Below the pieces are notes generated by a model. That model ran no database searches, had not been told where the DNA came from, and saw only the letters and a program-made list of their open reading frames with translations. The translations under genes were made by a program, and so were the position numbers. DNA of 40,883 nucleotides from a virus: positions 1 to 40,883 of IMG/VR virus record IMGVR_UViG_3300031414_000050, one strand, 5' to 3'. Positions 6,145 to 14,433 of the stretch are shown here, piece by piece. Position 1 is the stretch's first letter, and every line of letters starts with the position of its first letter.

Positions 6145-7062
6145 ATGGCCGGCGAATGGATAAAGATGCGCACCAACTTGTGGGACGACCCGCGCGTCTC
6201 ACAGTTGTGCGACCTTACCGACCAGTGCGAAGCCGCCGTCATCGGCGGTCTGTACTGGATCTGGGCAACTGCCGATGAGCACTCGTCGGATGGCGTACTT
6301 GCCGGGATGACTGTACGCGCCATCGACCGCAAGGCCGGGATTCAGGGTTTCGGTAACGCATTGGTAACGATCGGTTGGCTTATCGATAACGGTGACAGCG
6401 TTACCGTTGTTCGCTTCGACGAGCACAACGGAGCATCGGCAAAACAGCGCGCACAGACTGCAAAACGTGTGGCTAATCACAAAGGTAACGCAAAGGTAAC
6501 GCAGCAAGCGTTAGCGAAAGCTGCTGACGGCGTTACCGAAGCGTTACCTAAAGAAGATAAGAGAAGAGAAGAAAACGAGCAGGACAAAACCACCACCGAC
6601 GCGAGCGCGCCGGTGGGCGGCGGCGATCTGCCTGCCGGGCCGACTGATCCGGATGCACCGAAGGCTGCCCCGCTGCCTGCTCGCCAGGATCTGCCCGAGC
6701 CGACCGACCCCGCCCTGATCCTGACTCTCGCCCTGCGCCCGCTCGGCGTCTCTGCCCTGTCGACACACCCGACCGTCATCGGCTGGGCGACCAAGGGCGT
6801 CTCGATCGACACCCTGACCGAGGCAGTGCGCATCGCCCGCGAGCACAAGGGCGAGGAGACAATCCCGCCGCAGTATCTGGCGCCGATCGTTGAGCGCCTG
6901 CTGAACCCTGCTGAGCGCCGCGGCACAGCGCGCCCGGCCGGCACCTCGCAAAAGTTCCACTTCGCCGGCGTTGACCGTTCGGCGGACGTGGCCGCAATGA
7001 ACGCCGGACTGGCCGCGCGGGGCGTCACCGCCGCCGACCTGGACGACGACAGCCCGCTGTGA
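6145..7062 (+). CDS. Replication initiator / replisome organiser (lambda O-like role)
   Basis: The N-terminus WIKMRTNLWDDPRV...GGLYWIWATADE is typical of phage replisome-organiser N-domains. The gene contains the iteron cluster and precedes the DnaC-like gene. Confidence 0.75.
   Translation: MAGEWIKMRTNLWDDPRVSQLCDLTDQCEAAVIGGLYWIWATADEHSSDGVLAGMTVRAIDRKAGIQGFGNALVTIGWLIDNGDSVTVVRFDEHNGASAKQRAQTAKRVANHKGNAKVTQQALAKAADGVTEALPKEDKRREENEQDKTTTDASAPVGGGDLPAGPTDPDAPKAAPLPARQDLPEPTDPALILTLALRPLGVSALSTHPTVIGWATKGVSIDTLTEAVRIAREHKGEETIPPQYLAPIVERLLNPAERRGTARPAGTSQKFHFAGVDRSADVAAMNAGLAARGVTAADLDDDSPL
6350..6590. other. Putative origin of replication: phased GGTAACG iterons plus a purine/A-rich tract
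   Basis: GGTAACG occurs at 6352, 6363, 6484 and 6495, as 11-bp-phased pairs. The inverted CGTTACC occurs at 6399, 6531 and 6542. Degenerate copies lie at 6385 and 6509. The tract TAAAGAAGATAAGAGAAGAGAAGAAAAC follows at 6549-6576. Confidence 0.65.
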
Positions 7063-7073
7063 AGGAGATGCCC

Positions 7074-7865
7074 ATGGAACCGATTCAAGGCCTAATCCCT
7101 GCCCTCGCCGGCCGCGTGCAGATGCTGGCAGGCTCCTGCGAGCAGCACGGCGCCGCCGACGTCTTGGTGCGCACCGGCGCTGCCTGGCACTGCCCGCGCT
7201 GCCTCGATGCCGTTCTGGCAACCGAAGCGCACGACAACTGGAAGGCTGAACGGTCCGCCTCATTGATGGCGGCCGCAACCATCCCGAAGAAGTACGTCGA
7301 CCAGAAGTTCGTCGCGACGACTCCGGAGCAGAAGGGCGTGCGCCACACGACGCGCCTGTTCCGCGACTTCATCCTCGGCGAGCCGGCCTGGGGCGCGTTG
7401 ATCCTGTCCGGCACCACCGGCACCGGGAAGACCTTGCTGGCGTGCGACCTGGCGCAATCGCTGATCAAAAACGCTGTCCGCTCGATCCGCTACATCACAG
7501 CGAACGGGATGATCAGCGAAATTCAGGCGAGCTACAGCGACGAGAAGAAAAGCCAGGAGGGCGAAATCCTGCGCTTCGTGCAGTACGACGTCCTGATCCT
7601 TGACGAGATCGACGCCAAGCCGGACCGCGAGAACGCCAACCTGCTGCTGACCGAGGTGATCAATCGCCGCTACAACGAGCAGAAGCCCGTGATCGCGATC
7701 AGCAACCAGCCGCTGACCGACCTGGCCAAGTACGTCGGCGACCGCGTGCACAGCCGACTCCACGAAAACGCGTTCATTTGCGCCTTCACTTGGGCGGACG
7801 CGCGCAAGACCAGCGGCCAGCCGGCGGCGACCGTGCATCACATCGCTGACGGGAGGCGCGCATGA
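7074..7865 (+). CDS. DnaC/IstB-like AAA+ helicase loader
   Basis: It has Walker A GTTGTGKT and Walker B VLILDEID. The ATG at 7074 lies 6 nt after AAGGAG. The track start at 7059 is a GTG overlapping the upstream stop. Confidence 0.88.
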   Translation: MEPIQGLIPALAGRVQMLAGSCEQHGAADVLVRTGAAWHCPRCLDAVLATEAHDNWKAERSASLMAAATIPKKYVDQKFVATTPEQKGVRHTTRLFRDFILGEPAWGALILSGTTGTGKTLLACDLAQSLIKNAVRSIRYITANGMISEIQASYSDEKKSQEGEILRFVQYDVLILDEIDAKPDRENANLLLTEVINRRYNEQKPVIAISNQPLTDLAKYVGDRVHSRLHENAFICAFTWADARKTSGQPAATVHHIADGRRA

Positions 7866-8047
7866 GCCTGAAGATCGAGCTCGAAGCCGCCGTCCTCTTC
7901 CCTGCTGTCATCACCGCCGGCCGTGACTACAAGGCCTTGGCAAAACGGATCCTGTACCGCGAGGAGAAGGGCGACAAGACCCTGCTGCCGATCCAGGTGA
8001 AGTTCGCGAAGCAGGCCATGGAGCGCGGCCTAGAGCAGCCAGCATGA
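7862..8047 (+). CDS. Hypothetical protein (61 aa)
   Basis: Both ends are coupled by ATGA overlaps. Confidence 0.55.
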   Translation: MSLKIELEAAVLFPAVITAGRDYKALAKRILYREEKGDKTLLPIQVKFAKQAMERGLEQPA

Positions 8048-8271
8048 ACCGCGAGCACCCGCCCTGCGGCACATGCGCCAAATACATCGCCAGCCACTGC
8101 GAGGAGTTCGACAGGGCGGCAGCCGCAGACGATCAGCCGTGCGTGCTGTTCCTGGCGCGCGGATCGTGGACGCACAAGAAGCAGCAACGCAACGTGACCA
8201 TTTCGCGCGCGAGCGCAGCAACCACCAAAACGAGGGACGCATCACATGATGACATTGCTACAAGGCCGTAA
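8044..8271 (+). CDS. Hypothetical Cys-containing protein (75 aa)
   Basis: It contains CGTC...HC...C and is coupled to the upstream ORF. Confidence 0.55.
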   Translation: MNREHPPCGTCAKYIASHCEEFDRAAAADDQPCVLFLARGSWTHKKQQRNVTISRASAATTKTRDASHDDIATRP

Positions 8272-9067
8272 CCGTCGCTGGAGCGGCAACGATCGCCACT
8301 TCGGCCCGATTACGTGGAGCATCAGCCGCGAAGGAAGCCAGCCCATCGGCATCGTGTTGGACTCTGGCGACGATGAGGACACTTGCCACCTGCGGATTTA
8401 CCTTCGCTCACGCACCTTGCTGGTCGAGCTGCCGCAGCTGATCGAAAAATATCGCCGCTGGGTCGATACGTCCCGCTACGCATGGAGCAAACCCGGTGGC
8501 GGATATTGGGAGGTGCACAGCCGTGAGTTCGGCTTCAGGTATGACGACGGCTTCCTGCAGGTCTTCCTCGGGCCGCAGACTCACGACAGCGTCACCACGA
8601 AGAGCTGGTGCAGGCATCTGCCCTGGACGCAATGGCGCCATGTGCGCTTTGCCTTATTTGACCTAGGCGGCCAGCAGGCCTATGTCGAATACGACCGCGA
8701 TCGCAAGAAATTCGAGGAGCGCTGGGCCGCCCAGGAAGCAGTGCCGAAAGCTCGATTCGAAATTGCCGACTATGACGGTCAAATCGCGCAGGTGCAAGCG
8801 CACATCGAGGAGCGCGAATACCGCTTCGGCACAGGCTGGTTCAAGTGGCTTTCGCTGTTCCGCCGCGCGCGTGTCTATCGCTCGCTCGACATCAAATTCG
8901 AGAAGGAAGTCGGCCCTGAGAAGGGCTCGTGGAAAGGTGGAATGTGCGGCCACTCGATCGAGATGTTGCCTGGCGAGCTCCACGAGGCCGCATTCCGTCG
9001 CTACTGCGAAAAAGAGCAGCGCGCCAAATACGGCAAGTATCGCATCCAGTTCCTACGCGCGCTGTAA
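8246..9067 (+). CDS. Hypothetical Trp/Arg-rich protein (273 aa), nin-region cargo of unknown function
   Basis: It is a long clean ORF, and I recognise no family motif in it. Confidence 0.75.
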   Translation: MMTLLQGRNRRWSGNDRHFGPITWSISREGSQPIGIVLDSGDDEDTCHLRIYLRSRTLLVELPQLIEKYRRWVDTSRYAWSKPGGGYWEVHSREFGFRYDDGFLQVFLGPQTHDSVTTKSWCRHLPWTQWRHVRFALFDLGGQQAYVEYDRDRKKFEERWAAQEAVPKARFEIADYDGQIAQVQAHIEEREYRFGTGWFKWLSLFRRARVYRSLDIKFEKEVGPEKGSWKGGMCGHSIEMLPGELHEAAFRRYCEKEQRAKYGKYRIQFLRAL

Positions 9068-9119
9068 CCGCTACCCCGCCCGGCCAGCCCGGGCGACTAC
9101 AAAAACAAGGATACCGGAC

Positions 9120-9698
9120 ATGCTCCGATCACCACTGAACCGCTCGGGCAGCCTGAGCCCGAAACGAACCCGCAAGTGCGCCGTCAAGGGCTGCGCCAAT
9201 CGCTTCCAACCCCGGAACATGGGGCACAAGGTATGCGGGCCGGAATGCGCGGCCGTGCATGCTGCGAAGGAGCGGCAGCGCCTGGACGCGAAGCAGACCC
9301 GCGAACGTAAGGCAGCGCTCAAGACGCGCAGCGAGCACCTGAAGGACGCGCAAGCCGCATTCAACGCCTTTATCCGAGAGCGCGACGCCGCCCTGCCCTG
9401 CATCTCGTGCGGCCGGCACCACACCGGTGCCTACGACGCCGGCCACTATCGCTCGGTCGGCGCCCAGCCCGCGCTGCGCTTCCATGAGGACAACGTGCAC
9501 AAGCAGTGCGTCCCCTGCAACCAGCATAAGAGCGGCAACGCAGTCGAATACCGTCTGGGACTGATCGCCCGCATCGGCGCCGAGCGTGTCGCGTTCCTCG
9601 AACAGGAGCATCCGCCGGCGAAGTTCACGATCGAGCAGGCCAAGGAAATCCGCGACACCTACCGCGCCAAGCTGCGCGCACTGAAGGAGGCAGCGTAA
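9120..9698 (+). CDS. ninG: NinG/Rap-like recombination endonuclease
   Basis: The pattern is KCAVKGC...CGPEC, then CISCGR...DAGHYRSVG...EDNVHKQCVPCN.HKSGN. Only the distal part of ORF 8682-9698 is used. The RBS is AAGGA. Confidence 0.88.
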   Translation: MLRSPLNRSGSLSPKRTRKCAVKGCANRFQPRNMGHKVCGPECAAVHAAKERQRLDAKQTRERKAALKTRSEHLKDAQAAFNAFIRERDAALPCISCGRHHTGAYDAGHYRSVGAQPALRFHEDNVHKQCVPCNQHKSGNAVEYRLGLIARIGAERVAFLEQEHPPAKFTIEQAKEIRDTYRAKLRALKEAA

Positions 9699-10402
9699 TG
9701 CGTCACCATCCCGGAGTGATCGAACCACGTTCAGCATACCAGCGCGGCCGCATCCTGTCCGCCATCGCCGAGAAGCCACTGACCGCGCAGGAACTGGCCG
9801 ACCGACTGCACCTCACCCGCGACGGCATCAACATCCACCTGAAGGCGCTGAAGGAGGCGACGCCGCGCGCCGTGTACGTGGCCGGATGGGTCTACAACCC
9901 GAAAGGCGGCCGGCCGGCGCCACAGTACAGCCCTGGCGACAAGCCCGACGCTCCGTACGTCGCCAGCCGCGCGCCAACTCGCCACCTGCAGATCGACAAC
10001 CAGAAGGCGAAGATCATGCGCCTCTTGGAGTCAAAGAAGATGACGATCCTGCAGCTCGCCGCCGAAATGGACCTGTCGCACCAGTGGACCCGACACCTCA
10101 TTTCCGATCTGCGCCAGGACAAGCACGTGCACATCGGCGGCTGGCAGCGGCAGACGGCCGGCATCGCCCCGTTGTACGCGATCGGCGACAAGCGCGACGC
10201 CAAGAAGCCCGTCATCACCGCCGCCGAAGCCTACAAGCGCCGGAAGGCCCGACTGAAGAACGATCCTGACGCCAAGGAAAGCCACCAGGCGGCCCAGAAG
10301 CGCCGCCAGTTCAGGAAACACATCAAGCGCCTGACTTCGACACCGCAGACCTGGTTCTCGGCCCTCGTTCCACCCACTACCACTGAAAGGAGCCGCGCAT
10401 GA
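9698..10402 (+). CDS. Protein with two tandem winged-helix (ArsR/MarR-like) modules, candidate late-gene or nin-region regulator
   Basis: Module 1 reads ILSAIAEKPLTAQELADRLHLTRDGINIHLKAL...VYVAGW. Module 2 reads IMRLLESKKMTILQLAAEMDLSHQWTRHLISDL...VHIGGW. Confidence 0.72.
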   Translation: MRHHPGVIEPRSAYQRGRILSAIAEKPLTAQELADRLHLTRDGINIHLKALKEATPRAVYVAGWVYNPKGGRPAPQYSPGDKPDAPYVASRAPTRHLQIDNQKAKIMRLLESKKMTILQLAAEMDLSHQWTRHLISDLRQDKHVHIGGWQRQTAGIAPLYAIGDKRDAKKPVITAAEAYKRRKARLKNDPDAKESHQAAQKRRQFRKHIKRLTSTPQTWFSALVPPTTTERSRA

Positions 10403-10506
10403 TCACCGCCCTCGCCCTCTGGCTGGCCACCTCGCCCGGCATCGCGTGCCTGGCCGGCCGCTGCATCCGCTTCGGCATGACCGAGCAGCAGGAGACCAAC
10501 GCATGA
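10399..10506 (+). CDS. Hypothetical hydrophobic micro-protein (35 aa)
   Basis: I translated it by hand as MITALALWLATSPGIACLAGRCIRFGMTEQQETNA. ATGA overlaps link it to both flanking genes. Confidence 0.35.
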   Translation: MITALALWLATSPGIACLAGRCIRFGMTEQQETNA

Positions 10507-10838
10507 CCCAGCCCATGACTGAAGCCCCACAAGCCGACTCCCCTTTCAACACCGTCATGAAGACCTGGGCGCGGTGGATGACCTTGGCCGACCACCAGCA
10601 TTCCGAGGGCAACGCCAACCCACAGGACGTGAAGGAATTCATGGCCTGCGGTGAGGCCGTCGACGTCATGGTCAGCGATTTGACCATCCACCAACGGTGG
10701 GCCGTTCGGAAAGCCTTCGGGCTGGCGACCGCCTGGATCTACCCTGAGCGATCGTTCGCAGACACGCTTGTTGCTGCTGAGGCGATTTTGTCGGTCAAGA
10801 TGCTGAAAAATGTTGCTACTCGGCGATATTTCAATTAG
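10503..10838 (+). CDS. Putative late antiterminator (small Q-like protein, 111 aa)
   Basis: It is the last early gene, directly upstream of a promoter and tandem terminators. Its size and W..W...DV.....L pattern resemble small Q-family proteins. AGGAG lies 8 nt before the ATG. Function is assigned mainly from position. Confidence 0.45.
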   Translation: MTQPMTEAPQADSPFNTVMKTWARWMTLADHQHSEGNANPQDVKEFMACGEAVDVMVSDLTIHQRWAVRKAFGLATAWIYPERSFADTLVAAEAILSVKMLKNVATRRYFN

Positions 10839-10863
10839 GATATACGTGCTAGATGCCAATATT
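10835..10863 (+). promoter_or_regulatory. Putative late promoter (PR'-like): TTAGGA-17 nt-AATATT
   Basis: It is the only AT-rich stretch between the Q-like gene and the terminators. Confidence 0.4.
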
Positions 10864-10883
10864 GCATCTTGAATAGATACCTA

Positions 10884-10920
10884 AGCCCCGCAGTCAGCGA
10901 TGACGCGGGGCTTTTTGCTT
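10884..10920 (+). terminator. Intrinsic terminator 1 in the late leader
   Basis: AGCCCCGC(A)GTCA-GCGA-TGACGCGGGGCT forms a 12-bp stem with one bulge and a GNRA loop, followed by TTTTTGCTTT. Confidence 0.8.
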
Positions 10921-10960
10921 TCCGTACCGTGTCTCTATCGCCTCGGCACCCGTCGAGGCT

Positions 10961-10988
10961 TGCCCGCCTCGCGCGGGCTTTTTTATTT
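10961..10988 (+). terminator. Intrinsic terminator 2 in the late leader
   Basis: GCCCGC-CTCGC-GCGGGC is followed by TTTTTTATTT and lies 12 nt upstream of the first late-gene start. Confidence 0.65.
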
Positions 10989-10999
10989 GAAGGTGAGTT

Positions 11000-11383
11000 A
11001 TGGCCAAGTGGGTGCACCCGGACGTTTTGGATGGCGGCCTGAACGCGATCAAGAACGGCGCGACCAAGGAAATGGTCATCAAAAACTATGTCGCCGGCGA
11101 TAGCTACGCAACCGTGACCGGGAACGCGCTCGCGATCGTCACGGTGACAAGCGCCGATTTCACCATTACCAGTTCGGGCAGCAACCGCACGATTACCGCA
11201 GCTGCCAAGAGTGCCACTGCAACCGCGCCCGCCGCCGGTACCGGCGAAAACCATCACGTCGCATTCACCGATGGCAGTGCAAAAGTGCTGTGGGTGACCG
11301 ACGAAACCAACGAGCTGCCAAACAACGTCGGCGACACCCTGAACATACCAGCAGTGCCGTACACCGCTAACCAGCCAACCTAA
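11000..11383 (+). CDS. Hypothetical protein (127 aa), first late gene
   Basis: It has RBS GAAGGTGAG and a Thr/Ala-rich beta-type sequence. I recognise no catalytic motif. Confidence 0.7.
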   Translation: MAKWVHPDVLDGGLNAIKNGATKEMVIKNYVAGDSYATVTGNALAIVTVTSADFTITSSGSNRTITAAAKSATATAPAAGTGENHHVAFTDGSAKVLWVTDETNELPNNVGDTLNIPAVPYTANQPT

Positions 11384-11389
11384 CCGAAC

Positions 11390-12640
11390 ATGACCGCACC
11401 TGCCGATATCTATGCCGTCGCCAGCGGTCAGCCGATCTATGGAGGGCGTACCGCGCCGAGCGCCGGCAATACGTTCGACTCGCTGAGCTATACAGATCTG
11501 AGCGGCGCGCCGACATCGGCACAAAACGGGCTTGTGTTCGTCGTCGAGTTGCACGGGTCAAGCGGCTCGAACTACAAGCAAAACGGGCGGCAGTATCGAG
11601 CCGCAGTCAGCGGCTCGATGGCACTGCCTGGCACGAGCACGATCGACGTCAACAATCTCGATTTCGACTCGCACAACACGTTTGGTTTCAGCACGGTCTA
11701 TGCCTATGACACGTCCGTCATCCCTAGCGGCGCGATGGTCAAGATTCGCCCGATTGACAAGTGGTACAACGATGCGAACCAGTGGCGCGAGTCGGCGCAC
11801 TGCGGCTTCAAGCTGGCCGATGGCAAAGTCCACCTGATCAGTGAGCGCCGCTACGACGCCATGATGAGCTGGGCTGATGCGAACCTGACGCAGTACGACC
11901 ACAACAAGCGCGTGCTGTGCGGCGGCTCGATGGGCGCGTGGGGCACCGCGTCCTACGGCGTGCGCCGCTACGCGATGTTCGCCGCCCTGTATCCCGACCG
12001 TCCGCGCTGGAAGCACGACACCGGTACGACGACCTTTGCTGTTTCGGAGTACGCAAACACGTCGGCCGGCGGCTCGGGCTTCGTGAGCACGCCAATTGCC
12101 AGTTCACCGCTGCTGGTGGCCGAGGATGGAGGCACGTCGTATGCCGCTTACCTGGACATGATCGCGTATGTGTCGAACACCGCGAACAAGGTCCGATGGA
12201 TTGGCTGGTGCCTGGGGCGCAATGACGGCTATGCGAGCTTCCAGGACTCGATCGACATGGTCGACGCCCTGCGCACTACCAAGCGCGGCTTCGCCTTCGC
12301 CTGGAACAACGGCGACCATGGCACCGGCTCGATCATGAACCAGATCACGAACAGCTACCCGTACGGCACGTTCCGCCGCGATCAGGGCTATCCCTTGTTC
12401 ACCGAACACTCGCTAGACCAAGATCCGAAAGTCGATCTGGTCGGCGGTATCAACCTGGGCTTGTCGTTCCGCAATGTGGTCGAAACAGCTTCAGGCTGGT
12501 CCTGCCAGGTCACGAACATCTTGAATGCCTGCACGGTCAAGGTCGAGCCGATCAGCGACGTGTTCAAGGCCGCTGTCGCGAAGCAGCTGGTCACGATCCC
12601 AGCAGCCGGTACGTGGGTTTCCGTATCCTTCACCGCATAA
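11390..12640 (+). CDS. Alpha/beta-hydrolase-like serine esterase (416 aa)
   Basis: The HG oxyanion-type motif VVELHGSSGS and the nucleophile elbow GGSMGAWG (Ser codon 11927-11929) are present. Candidate Asp and His residues are in GRNDGY and NNGDHG. Confidence 0.7.
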   Translation: MTAPADIYAVASGQPIYGGRTAPSAGNTFDSLSYTDLSGAPTSAQNGLVFVVELHGSSGSNYKQNGRQYRAAVSGSMALPGTSTIDVNNLDFDSHNTFGFSTVYAYDTSVIPSGAMVKIRPIDKWYNDANQWRESAHCGFKLADGKVHLISERRYDAMMSWADANLTQYDHNKRVLCGGSMGAWGTASYGVRRYAMFAALYPDRPRWKHDTGTTTFAVSEYANTSAGGSGFVSTPIASSPLLVAEDGGTSYAAYLDMIAYVSNTANKVRWIGWCLGRNDGYASFQDSIDMVDALRTTKRGFAFAWNNGDHGTGSIMNQITNSYPYGTFRRDQGYPLFTEHSLDQDPKVDLVGGINLGLSFRNVVETASGWSCQVTNILNACTVKVEPISDVFKAAVAKQLVTIPAAGTWVSVSFTA

Positions 12641-12648
12641 GGTAAAAC

Positions 12649-14433
12649 ATGGCAACAAAAACCGTTGGCACTGGCGGCGATTTCGCGAACATGGCCGCGT
12701 ATCAGGCGTACTTCAACGCCCTAGATATGACCGGCCCGGAGTATTGCAACCTAATGCCGGGCGAGACGGTGGACACCGTCAACGTCACGCTCACCCCGAA
12801 AAGCGGGTCGAGTTCGGTAAACCGGCTGTATATTCGTCCAGCCGTCGGCAGCTCCTGGCGCGAAAATGCCAATGTGCGCAACAATGCGGTGCGGTACAAC
12901 CCTGCCAACGGGGCGGCTCTGCGCTCCACGGTCGGTGGCGCGTATGGCATTGAGATTAACTGTCCCGTCACGATCGAGGGCATACAGTACAAGGGCGGCT
13001 CGTCCAGCACATTCCCAATTAAGCTGAACGGGAACAACAGCGAGTTCCGCTATAACATCGTCGAAGCGAACACGTCCGTTCTGCAGGTTGTCAACCTTGT
13101 CGGTGTCGGCATCATCGCGGAGAAAAACTTCGTCATCCAGAAGGGCACCGCGGGCGGATTGGTTGTGGCCGGCAGCGGCGCTACGGTGCTTGGCAACACG
13201 ATCGTCGCCTTGGGCACCGGTACCCGTGGCTTGATGCTGGATTACGCACTGGCACCAGTCGCAAAGAACAACATCGTAGTCAACTTCACGACCGACTACG
13301 ACCAGACCGCCGGCACTGGCTCGTCGAACAATGCCACGAGCAACGCCAGCTTCAGCAACGCCAGCTACGGCACAACCGGCGGTCAGGTCAGCGTGTTGGC
13401 GGCGTCTTTCGTCAGCCTCGTATCCGGCAGCGAAGATTTGCGCCTCACGGCGTCGGCGACGAAGCTGATCAACATGGGCACCACGACCGGCACCGCACAG
13501 GATGCGTCCGGACTGGCGCAGCCCTCGGGCTCTGCGTACGATATCGGCGCCTGGGAATATCAAGCTGCTGCCGACACGACGGCACCGATTCTGTCCGCCC
13601 CGACGGCAACCGCAACTGGCGCAACGACCGCAACCGGCACCGTGGCGACTGACGAAGGCGGCGGGACACTGTATTTCCTGGCGACTGCCAACGCGACCGA
13701 AACGGCTGCTACGATCAAGGCCAGCGGCGGCACGCAAGCGGTCAGCGCAACCGGCACCCGCACCGTCGCTTTTACCGGCCTGACTGCTGGGGCGACTTAC
13801 TACGCTCACTATGTCCAGGTCGACGCAGCGAACAACACGTCGGCGGTCGCAAATAGCGCAAGCTTCACCACGCAAGCCGTCGACAGCGTTGCCCCGACCT
13901 GGCCGAACGGTGCGGCCATCACGCCGGGCGCGACGACATCGAGCAGCCTTTCGTTTAGCTACCCGGCGGCGTCCGATAACGTTGGCGTGGCGAAGTACCA
14001 GACCAGCAAGAATTCGGGCGCGAACTGGGATGACAACGGCACCGGGTTGAGCGGGCAGTACGTCGGATTGACAGCAGCCACCACGTATCCAATTTGGGTC
14101 CGTGCGGTAGATGCGCAAAGCAACGCCTCCGTCCCGCTGCAGCTGTCGATGACGACCAGCGCGGCAAGTACTGGCAGCTTCAAGTCGTCGCCACTTGAGA
14201 ATAACACCGGCACGCTGTACGCCGCCGGCACTGCCGTTGCCGTGACTTGGTATCAGGGTGGCCGGATTGGTGCGGCGCCGACCAGCGTGACGCACACCTC
14301 GGGCACCGTGGCTGCAGACGGAACTATCACGTTGACCGGCTTGCCGATCGGTGCCGGTTACGGCATGTACGCGGTCCAGGGTACGAATGCAGCAACCGAC
14401 AAACCATATTACGAAGCGGGGACGGTGGCCTAA
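12649..14433 (+). CDS. Right-handed beta-helix (pectate-lyase-like) protein with two FN3 domains and a C-terminal beta domain (594 aa)
   Basis: The N-terminal VGTGGDFANMAAY start is followed by repetitive G-N-x-I/V coils and DIGAWEY at the helix end. The two FN3-like units start at about TTAPILSAP and DSVAPTWP. Confidence 0.75.
   Translation: MATKTVGTGGDFANMAAYQAYFNALDMTGPEYCNLMPGETVDTVNVTLTPKSGSSSVNRLYIRPAVGSSWRENANVRNNAVRYNPANGAALRSTVGGAYGIEINCPVTIEGIQYKGGSSSTFPIKLNGNNSEFRYNIVEANTSVLQVVNLVGVGIIAEKNFVIQKGTAGGLVVAGSGATVLGNTIVALGTGTRGLMLDYALAPVAKNNIVVNFTTDYDQTAGTGSSNNATSNASFSNASYGTTGGQVSVLAASFVSLVSGSEDLRLTASATKLINMGTTTGTAQDASGLAQPSGSAYDIGAWEYQAAADTTAPILSAPTATATGATTATGTVATDEGGGTLYFLATANATETAATIKASGGTQAVSATGTRTVAFTGLTAGATYYAHYVQVDAANNTSAVANSASFTTQAVDSVAPTWPNGAAITPGATTSSSLSFSYPAASDNVGVAKYQTSKNSGANWDDNGTGLSGQYVGLTAATTYPIWVRAVDAQSNASVPLQLSMTTSAASTGSFKSSPLENNTGTLYAAGTAVAVTWYQGGRIGAAPTSVTHTSGTVAADGTITLTGLPIGAGYGMYAVQGTNAATDKPYYEAGTVA

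Noticed and set aside
9076-9094. GC hairpin CGCCCGG-CCAGC-CCGGGCG as a terminator before ninG
   Set aside because: No U-tract follows on either strand. It may still be a processing or stability element.
8682-9119. Upstream extension of the NinG ORF (track ORF 8682-9698)
   Set aside because: The extension overlaps the 8246-9067 gene in another frame and is Ser/Arg-rich. The NinG-like sequence and an AAGGA RBS begin at 9120.
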